From: Candidatus Binatia bacterium
Lineage (GTDB): Bacteria; Desulfobacterota; Binatia; Bin18
Reading direction: 5' to 3'
NCBI GenBank assembly: GCA_963664395.2
Contig: OY761159.2
Coordinates: forward strand, 2,816,001-2,880,000
DNA length: 64,000 nucleotides
This document shows, piece after piece, positions 38,156-48,292 of this stretch (its first letter is position 1; each line of letters begins with the position of its first letter). The notes under the pieces are model-generated. The model was given only the letters and a program-made list of their open reading frames with translations. It was not told the DNA's origin and did no database searches. The translations under genes and the position numbers were made by a program.

Positions 38156-38247
38156 AAACGCCCTCCATGAAGAAACGTGTGGATCGTTTCAAAACGACTC
38201 TAGCGCGGGGAGGAGGGCGGGGCAAATAGGGGGTGCGGAAATATTTT

Positions 38248-38715
38248 CTACGTCTCAGGCTTGCGGTAGAATTCAACGTAAAATCGCACTGCACCTTCGG
38301 GCTGGACATAATGGACAATTTCGGGCGCAATAATGCCGACATGATCAGAATCTAGGATGAATACTGCGCTGATGGGCTCTGCAACGACGTACCTGAGTTG
38401 TCCGGCCAGGACCTGAATCTTGGCCCATACACCCGGTTTCGTCGCGTGAGATGAGGTGAGTCCGGCCGGAACGGACTCAGCATGAAAGACAGCCGTTCTC
38501 TTGTAAGGAATGAAGTCGTCGGGCAGTTCGAGCTCGGCACACCGGATACAATTGAGCAGTACTCCAAGCTTTGACGCTCGCCCGTCTTCGGTGGCGACCC
38601 AGGGGCGGTTTTCAAAAGGCGGGTTGTGGCGCACATGTTGCCCATGACCACAGGCGAGGTCGGCGACCCAATCATTTTTCGGATCAGGATGAAAGCCTAT
38701 GATTTTTCTCTCCAT
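38248..38715 (-). CDS. DUF3565-DUF1971 (YeaR/TehB-N cupin) fusion
   Basis: IIGFH.D...WVADLACGHGQHVRHNPP; YKRT.VF...HATKPGVWAKI. Confidence 0.85.
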   Translation of the reverse strand: MERKIIGFHPDPKNDWVADLACGHGQHVRHNPPFENRPWVATEDGRASKLGVLLNCIRCAELELPDDFIPYKRTAVFHAESVPAGLTSSHATKPGVWAKIQVLAGQLRYVVAEPISAVFILDSDHVGIIAPEIVHYVQPEGAVRFYVEFYRKPET

Positions 38716-38729
38716 AGGGAATGAACGCT

Positions 38730-39332
38730 CTAGTTGTGGATAATCGCCCGTTGTGCTCGGAGGAAAAATCGGAGTCGCATACCCATTGCGAGCAATAGAT
38801 AGCCGAGCCACAAGAAGAGCACAGCCTGCTCAAGAGGGTAGGGAAAAAGTTGCTGCCGCAGCGCGGCGTGACATGCCATAATACCGGTACCGACGTAATT
38901 CAGCACGCCGGCCCAGTGCCCGATTGGATTGGACACGAGCGTGATAGACGTTTCTCGTTTGGATAACCACCACGAGTCAAGCGTATACTGACCAAAGGCG
39001 CACCCAACTGCACACGGAATCCACCACGGAACCATTCCGCTATACGCCAGGTAGGTCAGGGTCACGAGCAGGAAGGTAATATCCGCCAAATTATCGAGAA
39101 TTTTACCCCAGTCAGAACTCAGGCCTAACGCCCTCGCAACCGGGCCGTCATAGTAATCGCTGGCGCAGATAACCACAAAGAGCCCGCCCACACAGCCCGC
39201 CCGTAACAGCGTTGGCTGCTGTCTGCTGTATTCAATAGCGAGGAGAAATACCGGGGTCAGGACGAGTCGCACACCGGTGAGGAGGTGGGCAAAATTAAAC
39301 GGCCGGTGGTCTTCAATAAACAGCGTGGCCAT
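38730..39332 (-). CDS. CDP-alcohol phosphatidyltransferase family
   Basis: SDYYDGPVARALG..SDWGKILDNLAD motif. Confidence 0.9.
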   Translation of the reverse strand: MATLFIEDHRPFNFAHLLTGVRLVLTPVFLLAIEYSRQQPTLLRAGCVGGLFVVICASDYYDGPVARALGLSSDWGKILDNLADITFLLVTLTYLAYSGMVPWWIPCAVGCAFGQYTLDSWWLSKRETSITLVSNPIGHWAGVLNYVGTGIMACHAALRQQLFPYPLEQAVLFLWLGYLLLAMGMRLRFFLRAQRAIIHN

Positions 39333-39434
39333 ATGCGTACTCCCTCTTCCGGCAACCATGTCGCCCGCCCGGAAAAGCGCCGAAACGATAATGCCAAACT
39401 GAACGCTTCCCGCTCGTGCGGGGCGAGGGAATCG

Positions 39435-40016
39435 CTACTGTTGCGCCGCGGGTGCTGTCCCCGGCACCTCGACCTGTTGCGGATCACTTTTTTCAATCTT
39501 GAGGACTTTGACATCAAAGAAAAGCTTCTTTCCGGCGAGCGGATGGTTCAGATCAACAATAATAGTTTTCTCCTTCACCTCCGTGACCTGGGCAAACATC
39601 AGCTGGCCGTCCGGGCCTTGTCCCTGGAGTTTTTTTCCGACGCTCCGCGCCTCCTCGGGAATATTCTCTGTGGGCACTTCTTGGAAGCGATTCGGGTCAG
39701 CCTCGCCATACCCTTCTTCGGGCGAGACTTCCACTTTCTTTGTGTCGCCGGCTTTTAAGCCTGCCAGCTGTTTCTCCAGGCCCGGAACGATTCGCTGGGT
39801 GCCATGTGTATAGACTAATGGGGTTTTCCCCACATTCGTGTCAATAACAGTCTGATCTTCGAGGGTGAGCGTATATTCGAGCGAAACGCGCTTTCCGTCG
39901 CCGACCGTGTCTTGCGCGTAGCCTGAGGTCACCGCCAAGAGTCCAAGCATGAGTCCAAGACTGAGCGTGATAATAGAAATTCTCCGTTTCCCCTGCCCAT
40001 AGCGTCTAGTTCCCAT
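39435..40016 (-). CDS. SlyD-type FKBP peptidyl-prolyl isomerase with signal peptide
   Basis: VSLEYTL, PEEGYG, VDLNHPLAGKKLFFDVKVL. Confidence 0.9.
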   Translation of the reverse strand: MGTRRYGQGKRRISIITLSLGLMLGLLAVTSGYAQDTVGDGKRVSLEYTLTLEDQTVIDTNVGKTPLVYTHGTQRIVPGLEKQLAGLKAGDTKKVEVSPEEGYGEADPNRFQEVPTENIPEEARSVGKKLQGQGPDGQLMFAQVTEVKEKTIIVDLNHPLAGKKLFFDVKVLKIEKSDPQQVEVPGTAPAAQQ

Positions 40017-40074
40017 CGAGATTATCCCTCCCTATAGAGTCCACATTGGATTCAATTGCCCTGCAACAGAAGCC

Positions 40075-40611
40075 TCACGGTTGCTCAGGCGCGTTCTCCA
40101 TCTTTAATATCTTCACATCGAAGAATAATTTTTCCCCGGCCAGGGGATGGTTGGTGTCGATCCTAACCGTCTCCGCCTTGACCTCCAGAACCTCTGCATA
40201 GAGTGGCCTGCCCTCCGGGCTTCTGCCCTTAAGCTTCTCACCAACTTTCCTTCTGTCTTCAGGAATACTGTCTTTCGGCACTTCGATAATCCGTTCAGGA
40301 TCGTCCTTGCCATAGACGTCTTCAGGCGGCACTTCGAACTTTTTCGTCTCTTTCGCCTTGAGCCCAGCCAGGTATTTTGAGAAAAAAGGGACCCGTTCTT
40401 TTGAGCCATGGATATAAACCAAAGGCTCCTTTCCGACGTTCGAATCAAAAACCGTCTTATCTTCAAGTGTTACGGTGTATTCAAGCGAAACACGTTTCCC
40501 GTCAGCAACCGTCTCCTGTGCGTATCCGGGGGCATATCCAAGGACAAACACGAGGCTCAACGTCGTGAAGAAAATCCGCCCCTTCTCGCCCCCGTACAGT
40601 ATCGTCTGCAT
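40075..40611 (-). CDS. SlyD-type FKBP paralog with signal peptide
   Basis: VSLEYTV, PEDVYG, IDTNHPLAGEKLFFDVKIL. Confidence 0.88.
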   Translation of the reverse strand: MQTILYGGEKGRIFFTTLSLVFVLGYAPGYAQETVADGKRVSLEYTVTLEDKTVFDSNVGKEPLVYIHGSKERVPFFSKYLAGLKAKETKKFEVPPEDVYGKDDPERIIEVPKDSIPEDRRKVGEKLKGRSPEGRPLYAEVLEVKAETVRIDTNHPLAGEKLFFDVKILKMENAPEQP

Positions 40612-40690
40612 GTCCTTTCCTTCTCAAAAAAAAGGGCGCGAGGATACCTAGGTTTGATCCTCGTGCCCTGAATGCCGTTCCACAAACGTC

Positions 40691-40723
40691 GCTGACGGCC
40701 AGCCCGGCGGGCTGGCCGTCAGC
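40691..40723 (-). terminator. 15-bp stem hairpin after the SDR gene
   Basis: gctgacggccagccc-ggc-gggctggccgtcagc; weak U tract. Confidence 0.55.
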
Positions 40724-40751
40724 ATAGCATACTGCCCTGGGGAGTCGAGCG

Positions 40752-41648
40752 TCACTCCATGCGCGGCGGCTTCAGATTGGAGCCCAGCGTCCCCTTGAAA
40801 ACTTTGAAGAGATGGTCCAAATCCCATGGTCCCTGACTGTAGATCGTCTTTTCGGGCTTGAGATGTGAATACAGAGAGATTTTATAGCCACTCGCCCCAA
40901 AGGCTTGCCCATTAACATACTGGGCTTCATCGCTGGCCAGGAAAATAACAATCGGGGCAACATTAGAGGGATCAAGCGGACTCCCCTGGGCAGAACCACT
41001 GCTCTCCGACAAACCCATTTCCTGCGCAAAGTTGGCCGGAATCGTATCTGTCATGCGGGTTGCCGCGCCAGGCAATATGGCATTGCAGGTAATGTTGTAC
41101 TTGGCCAGGGCGTTGGCGCTGCTATATGTCAATCCAAGGATACCGGCTTTTGCCGCGGCGTAGTTCGGCTGCCCCGGAGCGCCCAAGGCAGACCCGGAAG
41201 AGAAGTTGATAATCCGTCCGCTCTTCTGGCGTCGCATCAGGGCCGATGCCGGACGAATCGTACAGTAATGGCCCTTCAGATGGACCGCCACAACAGCGTC
41301 CCACTCTTCTTCTGTCATATTGAAGATCATACGGTCGCGCAGAATGCCGGCACAGTTGACCAGGATGTCGAGTCTGCCAAACGAATCGACTGCGGTCTGA
41401 ATCAGGTTTTCTCCACCCTGCACCGTTGCAATATTGTCCGTGTTGGCAACGGCTTCTCCGCCCGCAGCCTGGATTGCTTCAACCACTTGCTGCGCCGGAG
41501 TTTTATCTTTACCTTCGCCATCAATACTGCTGCCCAAGTCGTTCACGACGACCTGCGCGCCTTCTCTGGCCATGAGCTGAACAATACCCCGACCAATGCC
41601 TCGACCCGACCCCGTAACGACTGCAACTTTTCCGTCAAGTTTTCCCAT
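40752..41648 (-). CDS. SDR family oxidoreductase
   Basis: TGSGRGIG, NCAGILRD, YAAAK. Confidence 0.95.
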   Translation of the reverse strand: MGKLDGKVAVVTGSGRGIGRGIVQLMAREGAQVVVNDLGSSIDGEGKDKTPAQQVVEAIQAAGGEAVANTDNIATVQGGENLIQTAVDSFGRLDILVNCAGILRDRMIFNMTEEEWDAVVAVHLKGHYCTIRPASALMRRQKSGRIINFSSGSALGAPGQPNYAAAKAGILGLTYSSANALAKYNITCNAILPGAATRMTDTIPANFAQEMGLSESSGSAQGSPLDPSNVAPIVIFLASDEAQYVNGQAFGASGYKISLYSHLKPEKTIYSQGPWDLDHLFKVFKGTLGSNLKPPRME

Positions 41649-41693
41649 TGTGCTGCCTCCTTGTGTACTGGTTCACGGCTCTGCCCGGTGCCC

Positions 41694-42878
41694 TCAGCCC
41701 TTTGGGAGTCCGAGCACCCGATCGCCCAAAATATTCTTTTGTATTTCCGAAGTTCCCCCACCAATCGTCAGTAAGCGGTGCCATAACGCGGCGCGTGGCC
41801 AGCGGCCATTATCGATGGTGTATGGCGAGCCTTGGGTGAGCTGCGCATACGGTCCGAGCAACTCGGTGGCAAACAGGGCAAGCCGCATATTGAGTTCCGA
41901 GCCGGCGAGCTTATTGACTGACCCTTCAGGTCCCGGCGGATTCCCTTTCAGACGTTTGCTGAAGCTGCGGAACATATTGTAGGTGATGGCTTTGCATTCG
42001 ATAGAAAACTGCGCCAGCCGCTGACGCACGGCAGGGTCTTCACAGGCTGGCCGACCGTTGATTTCTACTTCTTTGCTCACCTTGAGTAGCTCAGAGAAAT
42101 GACGGTGGACGGGCAATCCTGATCCAATCCCGGCCCGTTCGTGCATCAACGTGGTCACTAACACTTTCCAGCCTTCATTTTTTGGCCCAACCAGATTTGT
42201 TTTTGGAACGCGCACCTCCTCAAAAAAAACTTCATTAAACTCAGCATCGCCCGTAATCTGGACCAGCGGGCGAACCGTGATGCCGGGCGTCTTCATATCG
42301 ACCACCAGACAGCTAATCCCACGGTGCTTTGGAGCGTCCGGGTCGGTCCGCACAAAGAGTTGAATGAAATCCGCGCGGTGAGCATAGCTGGTCCAGACCT
42401 TCTGGCCGTTGATTACAAAATAATCGCCGTCTTCCACTGCGCGCGTTTGCATTGAAGCCAGGTCGGAGCCTGCCCCAGGCTCCGACAGCCCTTCACACCA
42501 GATTTCGTCAGCAGCCAAAATCCGGGGCAGATAGCGTTGCTTCTGCTCCTCGGTCCCCCAATGAATCAGGGTTGGACCTGACATCAGGAGTCCAAGCGTG
42601 TTGGCAAAGCGGGGCGCATGAGCCTGCTGCATCTCCTGGTTGAAGATGAACATTTCCATCAGGCTGGCGCTCCGCCCGCCATATTCCTCCGGCCAGTGGA
42701 TGCCTACCCAGCGGTTTTTATACGCCGTCTGCTGCCAGGTGCGCTGGTATTCAAAACGCGCGTCTTCATCAATGTCATCAAAATGCGTGGGGTCGTAGCC
42801 TTCAGGCAGGTTGTCTTGGAGCCACGAACGTAGCTCTTGACGGAAGGCATCTTCTTCCGGGGTGAAGTTAAAATCCAT
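41694..42878 (-). CDS. Acyl-CoA dehydrogenase
   Basis: SEPGAGSDLA, NGQKVWTS, FNEVFF, TIGGGTSEIQKN. Confidence 0.95.
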   Translation of the reverse strand: MDFNFTPEEDAFRQELRSWLQDNLPEGYDPTHFDDIDEDARFEYQRTWQQTAYKNRWVGIHWPEEYGGRSASLMEMFIFNQEMQQAHAPRFANTLGLLMSGPTLIHWGTEEQKQRYLPRILAADEIWCEGLSEPGAGSDLASMQTRAVEDGDYFVINGQKVWTSYAHRADFIQLFVRTDPDAPKHRGISCLVVDMKTPGITVRPLVQITGDAEFNEVFFEEVRVPKTNLVGPKNEGWKVLVTTLMHERAGIGSGLPVHRHFSELLKVSKEVEINGRPACEDPAVRQRLAQFSIECKAITYNMFRSFSKRLKGNPPGPEGSVNKLAGSELNMRLALFATELLGPYAQLTQGSPYTIDNGRWPRAALWHRLLTIGGGTSEIQKNILGDRVLGLPKG

Positions 42879-42970
42879 TCCAGTCTCCTTGGCGGCCCTA
42901 CCTTAACCGCTTCATATCTGAGGGTAAAGAGAGCGGAGATACGCGCGGGTTTTTTGATGAGAGCGGACCG

Positions 42971-43008
42971 GCCCTTCGACTTCGCTCCGCTCAGGGTGAA
43001 CGAAGGGC
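42971..43008. repeat. REP-like hairpin (cccttcgac...ctcagggtgaacg)
   Basis: gcccttcg...cgaagggc stem, intergenic. Confidence 0.5.
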
Positions 43009-43066
43009 TGAACGCAGATGCCGGCAGGCTGCCCGCGCTCCCAGGCTGGAACTCCTCCAGGCAGGG

Positions 43067-43303
43067 CTAGTCTTCGGGATACATCTTCTCCAGTTGAGCA
43101 ATGAGGTCAGACTGCGTGCCGAGCTGAATCCCTTCTCCTGTGGGGCTGGATATATTCTCAGCGTCCTGAGCCGGCTTTTCAGCGGCGGGCTGTTTCAGCC
43201 GGGCGATTTCCCGGTCCCTGGCAGCCAGTTGGCTGCGCAAATTATACACCAGCGCTACCAGCTCGCTGTGTGATAATGCGGTTATGTCAAACTCGGATTC
43301 CAC
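43067..43303 (-). CDS. Small coiled-coil hypothetical protein
   Basis: LSHSELVALVYNLRSQLAARDREIARLK. Confidence 0.6.
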   Translation of the reverse strand: MESEFDITALSHSELVALVYNLRSQLAARDREIARLKQPAAEKPAQDAENISSPTGEGIQLGTQSDLIAQLEKMYPED

Positions 43304-43401
43304 TTCTTTTTTCCATCACAGGCATGGAGGCTGCGCAACCGCGGCTTCTTGCCCCGCTCTCATTTTTGACAAGCCACCACACGCTTGCTACCTCGTCAGG
43401 C

Positions 43402-44481
43402 ATGGATGCAAAACTTCGACCTGCACTTGATGAGGCCGTCACTGAAAAGTGGGGACAAGAGACGCGGATTACTCAGGTTGAGTCATTGGCTGGAGACGCT
43501 TCAAGCCGCAGCTATGCCCGCTTGTCTCTCAGCGGTAGCGGACCGGCTTCAGCCGTGGTCATGATTCTAGCCGGAAGCGGACTGGCCGTATCGTCAGACG
43601 AGTTGGCCGTTTTTGATGAGCCCCTCAAGGAATTGCCGTATCTCAATGTGCATTATTTCCTTGAGCCCCTTGGGGTGCGTGTCCCGCAGCTCTATGTGGA
43701 TGGATACCAGGACGGCTTTCTCCTCCTCGAAGATATTGGTGATGTCCCGTTGCGGGACGCCGTCCAAGACGTGCCACACGCCGAGGTCGAACAGTGGTAT
43801 CGGCGCGCTATTGACCAATTGCTCCTGATTCAAATTAAAGGCACCCGTCAGAAGAACGAGCAGTGCATTGCCTTTCAGCAGCGCTTTGATAAGCGCCTCT
43901 TCTTGTGGGAGTTCGAACATTTTGTGGAGTGGGGCTTGGACAAGCCTGGCAACAAAGCCCTCTCTCACACAGAGATGCACACTCTCACCGCAATGTTTGA
44001 GGCTATTGCGACTCGTCTCGGTCAAGCCACATTTTTTCTCAATCACCGCGATTATCACAGTTGGAATTTATTCGTACAGCAGGACCGCATTCGGGTGATC
44101 GATTTTCAGGACGCCCTGCTCGCTCCGGCCCCCTACGATCTCGCCACGCTGCTGAATGACCGCGATACACCGGAAGTGGTTTCCCCGGATTTGGAAGAGT
44201 CTCTGGTCAATTACTACCACGAGGCGTGGAACCAGAATGGCGGTGACACCCTGTCATCTGAATTAGTGTGGGAAGAGTATAACCTGTGCTTGCTCCAAAA
44301 AGCCTGCAAGGTTGTCGGCCGCTTCTATTATCTGGAGCTGGAAAAAGGCAAGCGCGGCTATACACGCTATATTCCGCCGACACTGGCAACGATCCGCCGG
44401 GTATTGGATCGTCTGCCGCAGTATCAGCACCTGCAAGACATTCTTGCGGATCATTTTCCAGAGCACTTCTCAGGGTCATGA
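43402..44481 (+). CDS. amgK: Anomeric MurNAc/GlcNAc kinase (APH family)
   Basis: GDASSRSY, LLEDIGD, HRDYHSWN, VIDFQDA; coupled to a nucleotidyltransferase. Confidence 0.8.
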   Translation: MDAKLRPALDEAVTEKWGQETRITQVESLAGDASSRSYARLSLSGSGPASAVVMILAGSGLAVSSDELAVFDEPLKELPYLNVHYFLEPLGVRVPQLYVDGYQDGFLLLEDIGDVPLRDAVQDVPHAEVEQWYRRAIDQLLLIQIKGTRQKNEQCIAFQQRFDKRLFLWEFEHFVEWGLDKPGNKALSHTEMHTLTAMFEAIATRLGQATFFLNHRDYHSWNLFVQQDRIRVIDFQDALLAPAPYDLATLLNDRDTPEVVSPDLEESLVNYYHEAWNQNGGDTLSSELVWEEYNLCLLQKACKVVGRFYYLELEKGKRGYTRYIPPTLATIRRVLDRLPQYQHLQDILADHFPEHFSGS

Positions 44482-45224
44482 TGCGCGCGATGATACTCGC
44501 AGCCGGCCTGGGGACCCGGATGCGACCACTGACGGATACGATACCCAAAGCGCTGGTACCGGTCGCAGGCCGACCGTTGATCGAATATGCCTTACTGTTT
44601 GTAAAATCCCACGGCATTAAAGAGGTCGTGATTAACCTCCACCATCTTGGGAACAAGCTCAGAGAAGTGTTGGGCGACGGGAGTTCCCATGGCCTCCGGA
44701 TCATCTATTCCCCGGAAGATTCGCTCCTGGACACTGGCGGCGGGATTAAGAAAGCCCAGCCGTTTCTCGACGACGAACCGTTTCTGGTTTTGAATGCGGA
44801 CACCATTCTTGATTGCGACCTCGCGGCATTTCTGGCCGCCCACCGTCAGGCCAAAGCCATGGGAACGCTGTTGCTCAGACCCAATCCCAATGAGGAGCAA
44901 TACGGTCTGATTGAAACGGACCCACAGGGGGCTATTCGTCGCATTCGAGGCGAACCGAGCGAGGTTGGGGTCAATGCGCCTCTTTCCGCGTTCATGTTTA
45001 CCGGCTGCCAAGTCCTGGAGCCGCGTATTTTTGACGTTATGCCCAGGGGACGTGCCTTCAGTACAACCCATGAGCTGTATCCTCAGCTCATCCGAACAGG
45101 AGAAACGCTACAGAGCTTTGTTCATGCCGGTCCATGGATGGTTGTTGATGACACGGAGGGCATCGCGCGGGCGACCAAAGCGGTTGTCTCCGGCCAACTG
45201 CGCCTGTCCTACCTACGTCCGTAA
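44478..45224 (+). CDS. murU: MurNAc-1-P uridylyltransferase-like nucleotidyltransferase
   Basis: AMILAAGLGTRMRPLT..PK, LDTGGG, LNAD. Confidence 0.8.
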   Translation: MMRAMILAAGLGTRMRPLTDTIPKALVPVAGRPLIEYALLFVKSHGIKEVVINLHHLGNKLREVLGDGSSHGLRIIYSPEDSLLDTGGGIKKAQPFLDDEPFLVLNADTILDCDLAAFLAAHRQAKAMGTLLLRPNPNEEQYGLIETDPQGAIRRIRGEPSEVGVNAPLSAFMFTGCQVLEPRIFDVMPRGRAFSTTHELYPQLIRTGETLQSFVHAGPWMVVDDTEGIARATKAVVSGQLRLSYLRP

Positions 45225-45242
45225 TGAGTCAACGTGCCAGCA

Positions 45243-45276
45243 TCTGCATGTCTGCATGTCTGCATGTCTGCATGTC
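45243..45276. repeat. 8-bp tandem repeat (TCTGCATG)x4
   Basis: Read directly between convergent genes. Confidence 0.9.
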
Positions 45277-45291
45277 CGTTGGAGGGCGCGT

Positions 45292-46035
45292 TTACTCATT
45301 AAACCGTGCTGTGACCAGCGCGGCAAAGTTCGTAAGGCAGCGCTGTGCTGCCGGCGCATTTTGCACGGTCTTGAGCAACCAGTCCTGAAGCGACTGCTCC
45401 GCAGACGGCCAGCGCGGGAAGGATTCAGGGGGCAAAACGGCTGCGAGCGAGGCAATCAGTCCCGCCATAATCGCGGGAGTGAATTCCGGGTGGAATTGGG
45501 TTCCCCATATGCGCTCTTCAAGGGAGAAGGCTTGATAGGTACAGGACTCATTTCGGGCTAGGGCAGTCGCGCCCGGAGGCAGTTCCGTCACCAGTTCCCC
45601 ATGACTCTCCTGCGCCAAAAATGACTCGGGGACGGCTGAGAAGAGGGCGCTCCGTTTCCCTTCTTTCGTTAAGGTGACAGGCACCGTGCCGAGCTCCCAG
45701 CCATGAGGACTTTTTTCAATCGTGCCGCCAAACGTGCGTGCAACGTGCTGATGACCAAAACAGATGCCATAGATGGGGACGGACTGGTCGGCAGCCCGTT
45801 TAAGAAACTCTTCACTCTTGGCCACCCAGGCGTCGGTGTCGTTCGCCGAAGCAGGGGAGCCAGTTACAATGATGCCGGCCCAGTCCGGTTCGGGCAGCGT
45901 TTCCTTCCGTGCATCAACAACAGCACAACGATATTTGCCAAGGACATTGAGGAAGGCCTGCTCGTACCGGCCACACTGCGCTGTCACACCGCGGGGTAAT
46001 TCACCCGTTTTCAGAATGAGGAGTGGTTTCGTCAT
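45292..46035 (-). CDS. Class I glutamine amidotransferase
   Basis: GICFGHQ, QFHPE catalytic motifs. Confidence 0.92.
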   Translation of the reverse strand: MTKPLLILKTGELPRGVTAQCGRYEQAFLNVLGKYRCAVVDARKETLPEPDWAGIIVTGSPASANDTDAWVAKSEEFLKRAADQSVPIYGICFGHQHVARTFGGTIEKSPHGWELGTVPVTLTKEGKRSALFSAVPESFLAQESHGELVTELPPGATALARNESCTYQAFSLEERIWGTQFHPEFTPAIMAGLIASLAAVLPPESFPRWPSAEQSLQDWLLKTVQNAPAAQRCLTNFAALVTARFNE

Positions 46036-46218
46036 ACGTGAGTCTCTTCTTCCGTCTGGTGAAATATAAAGCCCACAGCTCGGATTGGGAACCCGGTAGA
46101 GGGAGGCAAGAATAAAATACGACAAGGGCTAGGCGACACCCCCCCACTCCGCTATTCCTGAGGGGAGCCGTGGCCCCCCAGGGGCTGGGCGCTGTTTCTA
46201 TCAAAAGGAGGGCAGATT

Positions 46219-47094
46219 ATGCGTGACTATACAGTAGACAATATCACCGAAGCGGTTGTGAAAGAGTATGCGAGCAAGACCTCGGACCCACGCATGCAGC
46301 ACATCATCACCAGCCTCATCAAGCACATACACGCCTTCGTGAAGGACGTTGAACTCACCGAGGCGGAATGGTTTGCCGGCATTCAGTTTCTGACAGACAC
46401 GGGCAAAATGTGCGACGCCAAACGGCAGGAGTTTATTCTGCTGTCCGACACGCTCGGGGTGTCCATGTTAGTCGATGCTATTAATCACCCTAAAGATGGT
46501 CTGGGGACCGAATCGACTGTCCTTGGTCCATTCTATGTCGAGGGGGCACCGGAGCATAAGAATGGCGAATCTGTCATCCGAAAAGACATTGGGGCGCGCC
46601 CCACGTTAATAAGGGGCAAAGTCACCGACGCTGAGGGTGCACCAATTGCAGGAGCAACCGTTGACGTATGGCAGACCTCAGCCAACGGCCTGTATGACAT
46701 TCAGGACAAGGACGCACCGGAGTGGAATCTGCGCGGCAGGTTCAAGACTGGGGACGACGGCAGTTATGCGCTCATCTCTGAAACTCCTGTCAGCTATTCG
46801 ATTCCGACCGATGGCCCGGTCGGCCGCATGCTGGACGCAACCGGACGGCACGGCATGCGACCGGCGCATGTGCATTTCATGCTCTCCGCTGACGGCTACC
46901 GGCCCCTGACTACCCATATCTTCGTCAAGGGTGACAACTATCTTGATTCTGACGCGGTGTTCGCCACCAAGCACTCGCTCGTGGCCGACTTCAAGGAATG
47001 CGAGGATGCCCCCTTGGCTGAACGCTATGGCCTCAAGACGCCATTCACCCTGCTGGAATACGACTTCGGTTTGATGCCGGACGCACGTGCGTAA
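46219..47094 (+). CDS. Intradiol ring-cleavage dioxygenase (hydroxyquinol/catechol 1,2-type)
   Basis: RQEFILLSDTLG, VLGPFY, YSIPTDGPVG, RPAHVHF. Confidence 0.93.
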   Translation: MRDYTVDNITEAVVKEYASKTSDPRMQHIITSLIKHIHAFVKDVELTEAEWFAGIQFLTDTGKMCDAKRQEFILLSDTLGVSMLVDAINHPKDGLGTESTVLGPFYVEGAPEHKNGESVIRKDIGARPTLIRGKVTDAEGAPIAGATVDVWQTSANGLYDIQDKDAPEWNLRGRFKTGDDGSYALISETPVSYSIPTDGPVGRMLDATGRHGMRPAHVHFMLSADGYRPLTTHIFVKGDNYLDSDAVFATKHSLVADFKECEDAPLAERYGLKTPFTLLEYDFGLMPDARA

Positions 47095-47104
47095 CCCGCG
47101 TCCG

Positions 47105-48208
47105 TTACCTTTTTCTGTGATCCCGCTCTTGGCCTGGCTCTTTGGGGTGAGCATACGGATGCGGGCGGTCCATTTGGACGTCAAAGGGGATATCGGCTAA
47201 ACGCTGCATACTGTCTGTATACGCGGCGATGAGGCGGTCTTCGGCCTCATAGTTAAACGGGTCTTGCAGGCGTTTTTCAATTTCCCCACCCCGTTCAGGC
47301 TGGTTGACCAGATACCACTCAACCGTTTTTTCTATGGCCTCTTCGACGGGGTAGAGATCCGCGTAACCCAGTTGGTTTTTGATCTTGGTGAGGTCAACAA
47401 CGCGGTGGTGCGAGGTTTCCTGCATGGTGTAGGGACGCGCCGGGCGCGCTAGGTCGTTGGGCATGCTGATAATGTCCCACTCATAATTCATGGCTTTGGA
47501 GATTACTTCGATCACCTGATGGATCGTGAGCTGACTTTCATCGCCGCAGTTGTAGAGTTGCCCGGCTGATGCCTCGGGCTGATCAACCGCCAGCAGAACG
47601 GCGTGGGCCAGATTTGCAGCATACCCATGCGTAAAAAGCGTCAACCCGCCATCGGCGACGATCATATGCGGACGCTTATCGAGAATACGCCGTATCACAC
47701 ACCACTCGCGTGGAACGAGCTGATAGGGACCGTAGACGTAGGGATAGCGGAAGTAGGCCGCGGTGGGATGGCGTTCCAACACGGCTTGTTCGGTTTGGGC
47801 GATCAGATAGGCAAAGCGGAGTTCTTCTTCACTCTCAACAACGGGTGCGTCTTCGGTAACCGCCACTTTGAGCCCGACGGGAGAGAGCACGGAGGGGTCC
47901 ATATAACCTCGATAACTGGCCACACCACCAACACCGACAAAACGTCCGATTTTGCCGACGAGCGCCTCGGCAATAAAGCGAATACGCCCGTAGGTGACTA
48001 CGGCAAGATCAAACGTTCGGCCAGCCAGGGCGTCGTCTATGGTTTCCCGGAAATGCGGATCACCGTGGATATGTTCGACTTCAGGCGGGGTCTCGGGAAT
48101 CTCGTGCGTCCCGCGATGAAAAATCGTGACCTCATAGCCCCGCTCCATCAGGCCATTCACAATAAAGGGTCCGGTCGGCCCCGTGCCCCCAACAACCAGT
48201 GCTTTCAT
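47105..48208 (-). CDS. NAD-dependent epimerase/dehydratase family
   Basis: GGTGPTG, RYPYVYGP. Confidence 0.85.
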   Translation of the reverse strand: MKALVVGGTGPTGPFIVNGLMERGYEVTIFHRGTHEIPETPPEVEHIHGDPHFRETIDDALAGRTFDLAVVTYGRIRFIAEALVGKIGRFVGVGGVASYRGYMDPSVLSPVGLKVAVTEDAPVVESEEELRFAYLIAQTEQAVLERHPTAAYFRYPYVYGPYQLVPREWCVIRRILDKRPHMIVADGGLTLFTHGYAANLAHAVLLAVDQPEASAGQLYNCGDESQLTIHQVIEVISKAMNYEWDIISMPNDLARPARPYTMQETSHHRVVDLTKIKNQLGYADLYPVEEAIEKTVEWYLVNQPERGGEIEKRLQDPFNYEAEDRLIAAYTDSMQRLADIPFDVQMDRPHPYAHPKEPGQERDHRKR

Positions 48209-48292
48209 AGTGCTCCTTATTCCCCTACCTCGGCATCACTGATAGTGTCGTGCGTGGGAAGATACGCGTGCGCTCCCCGCCTCCCTGACATC

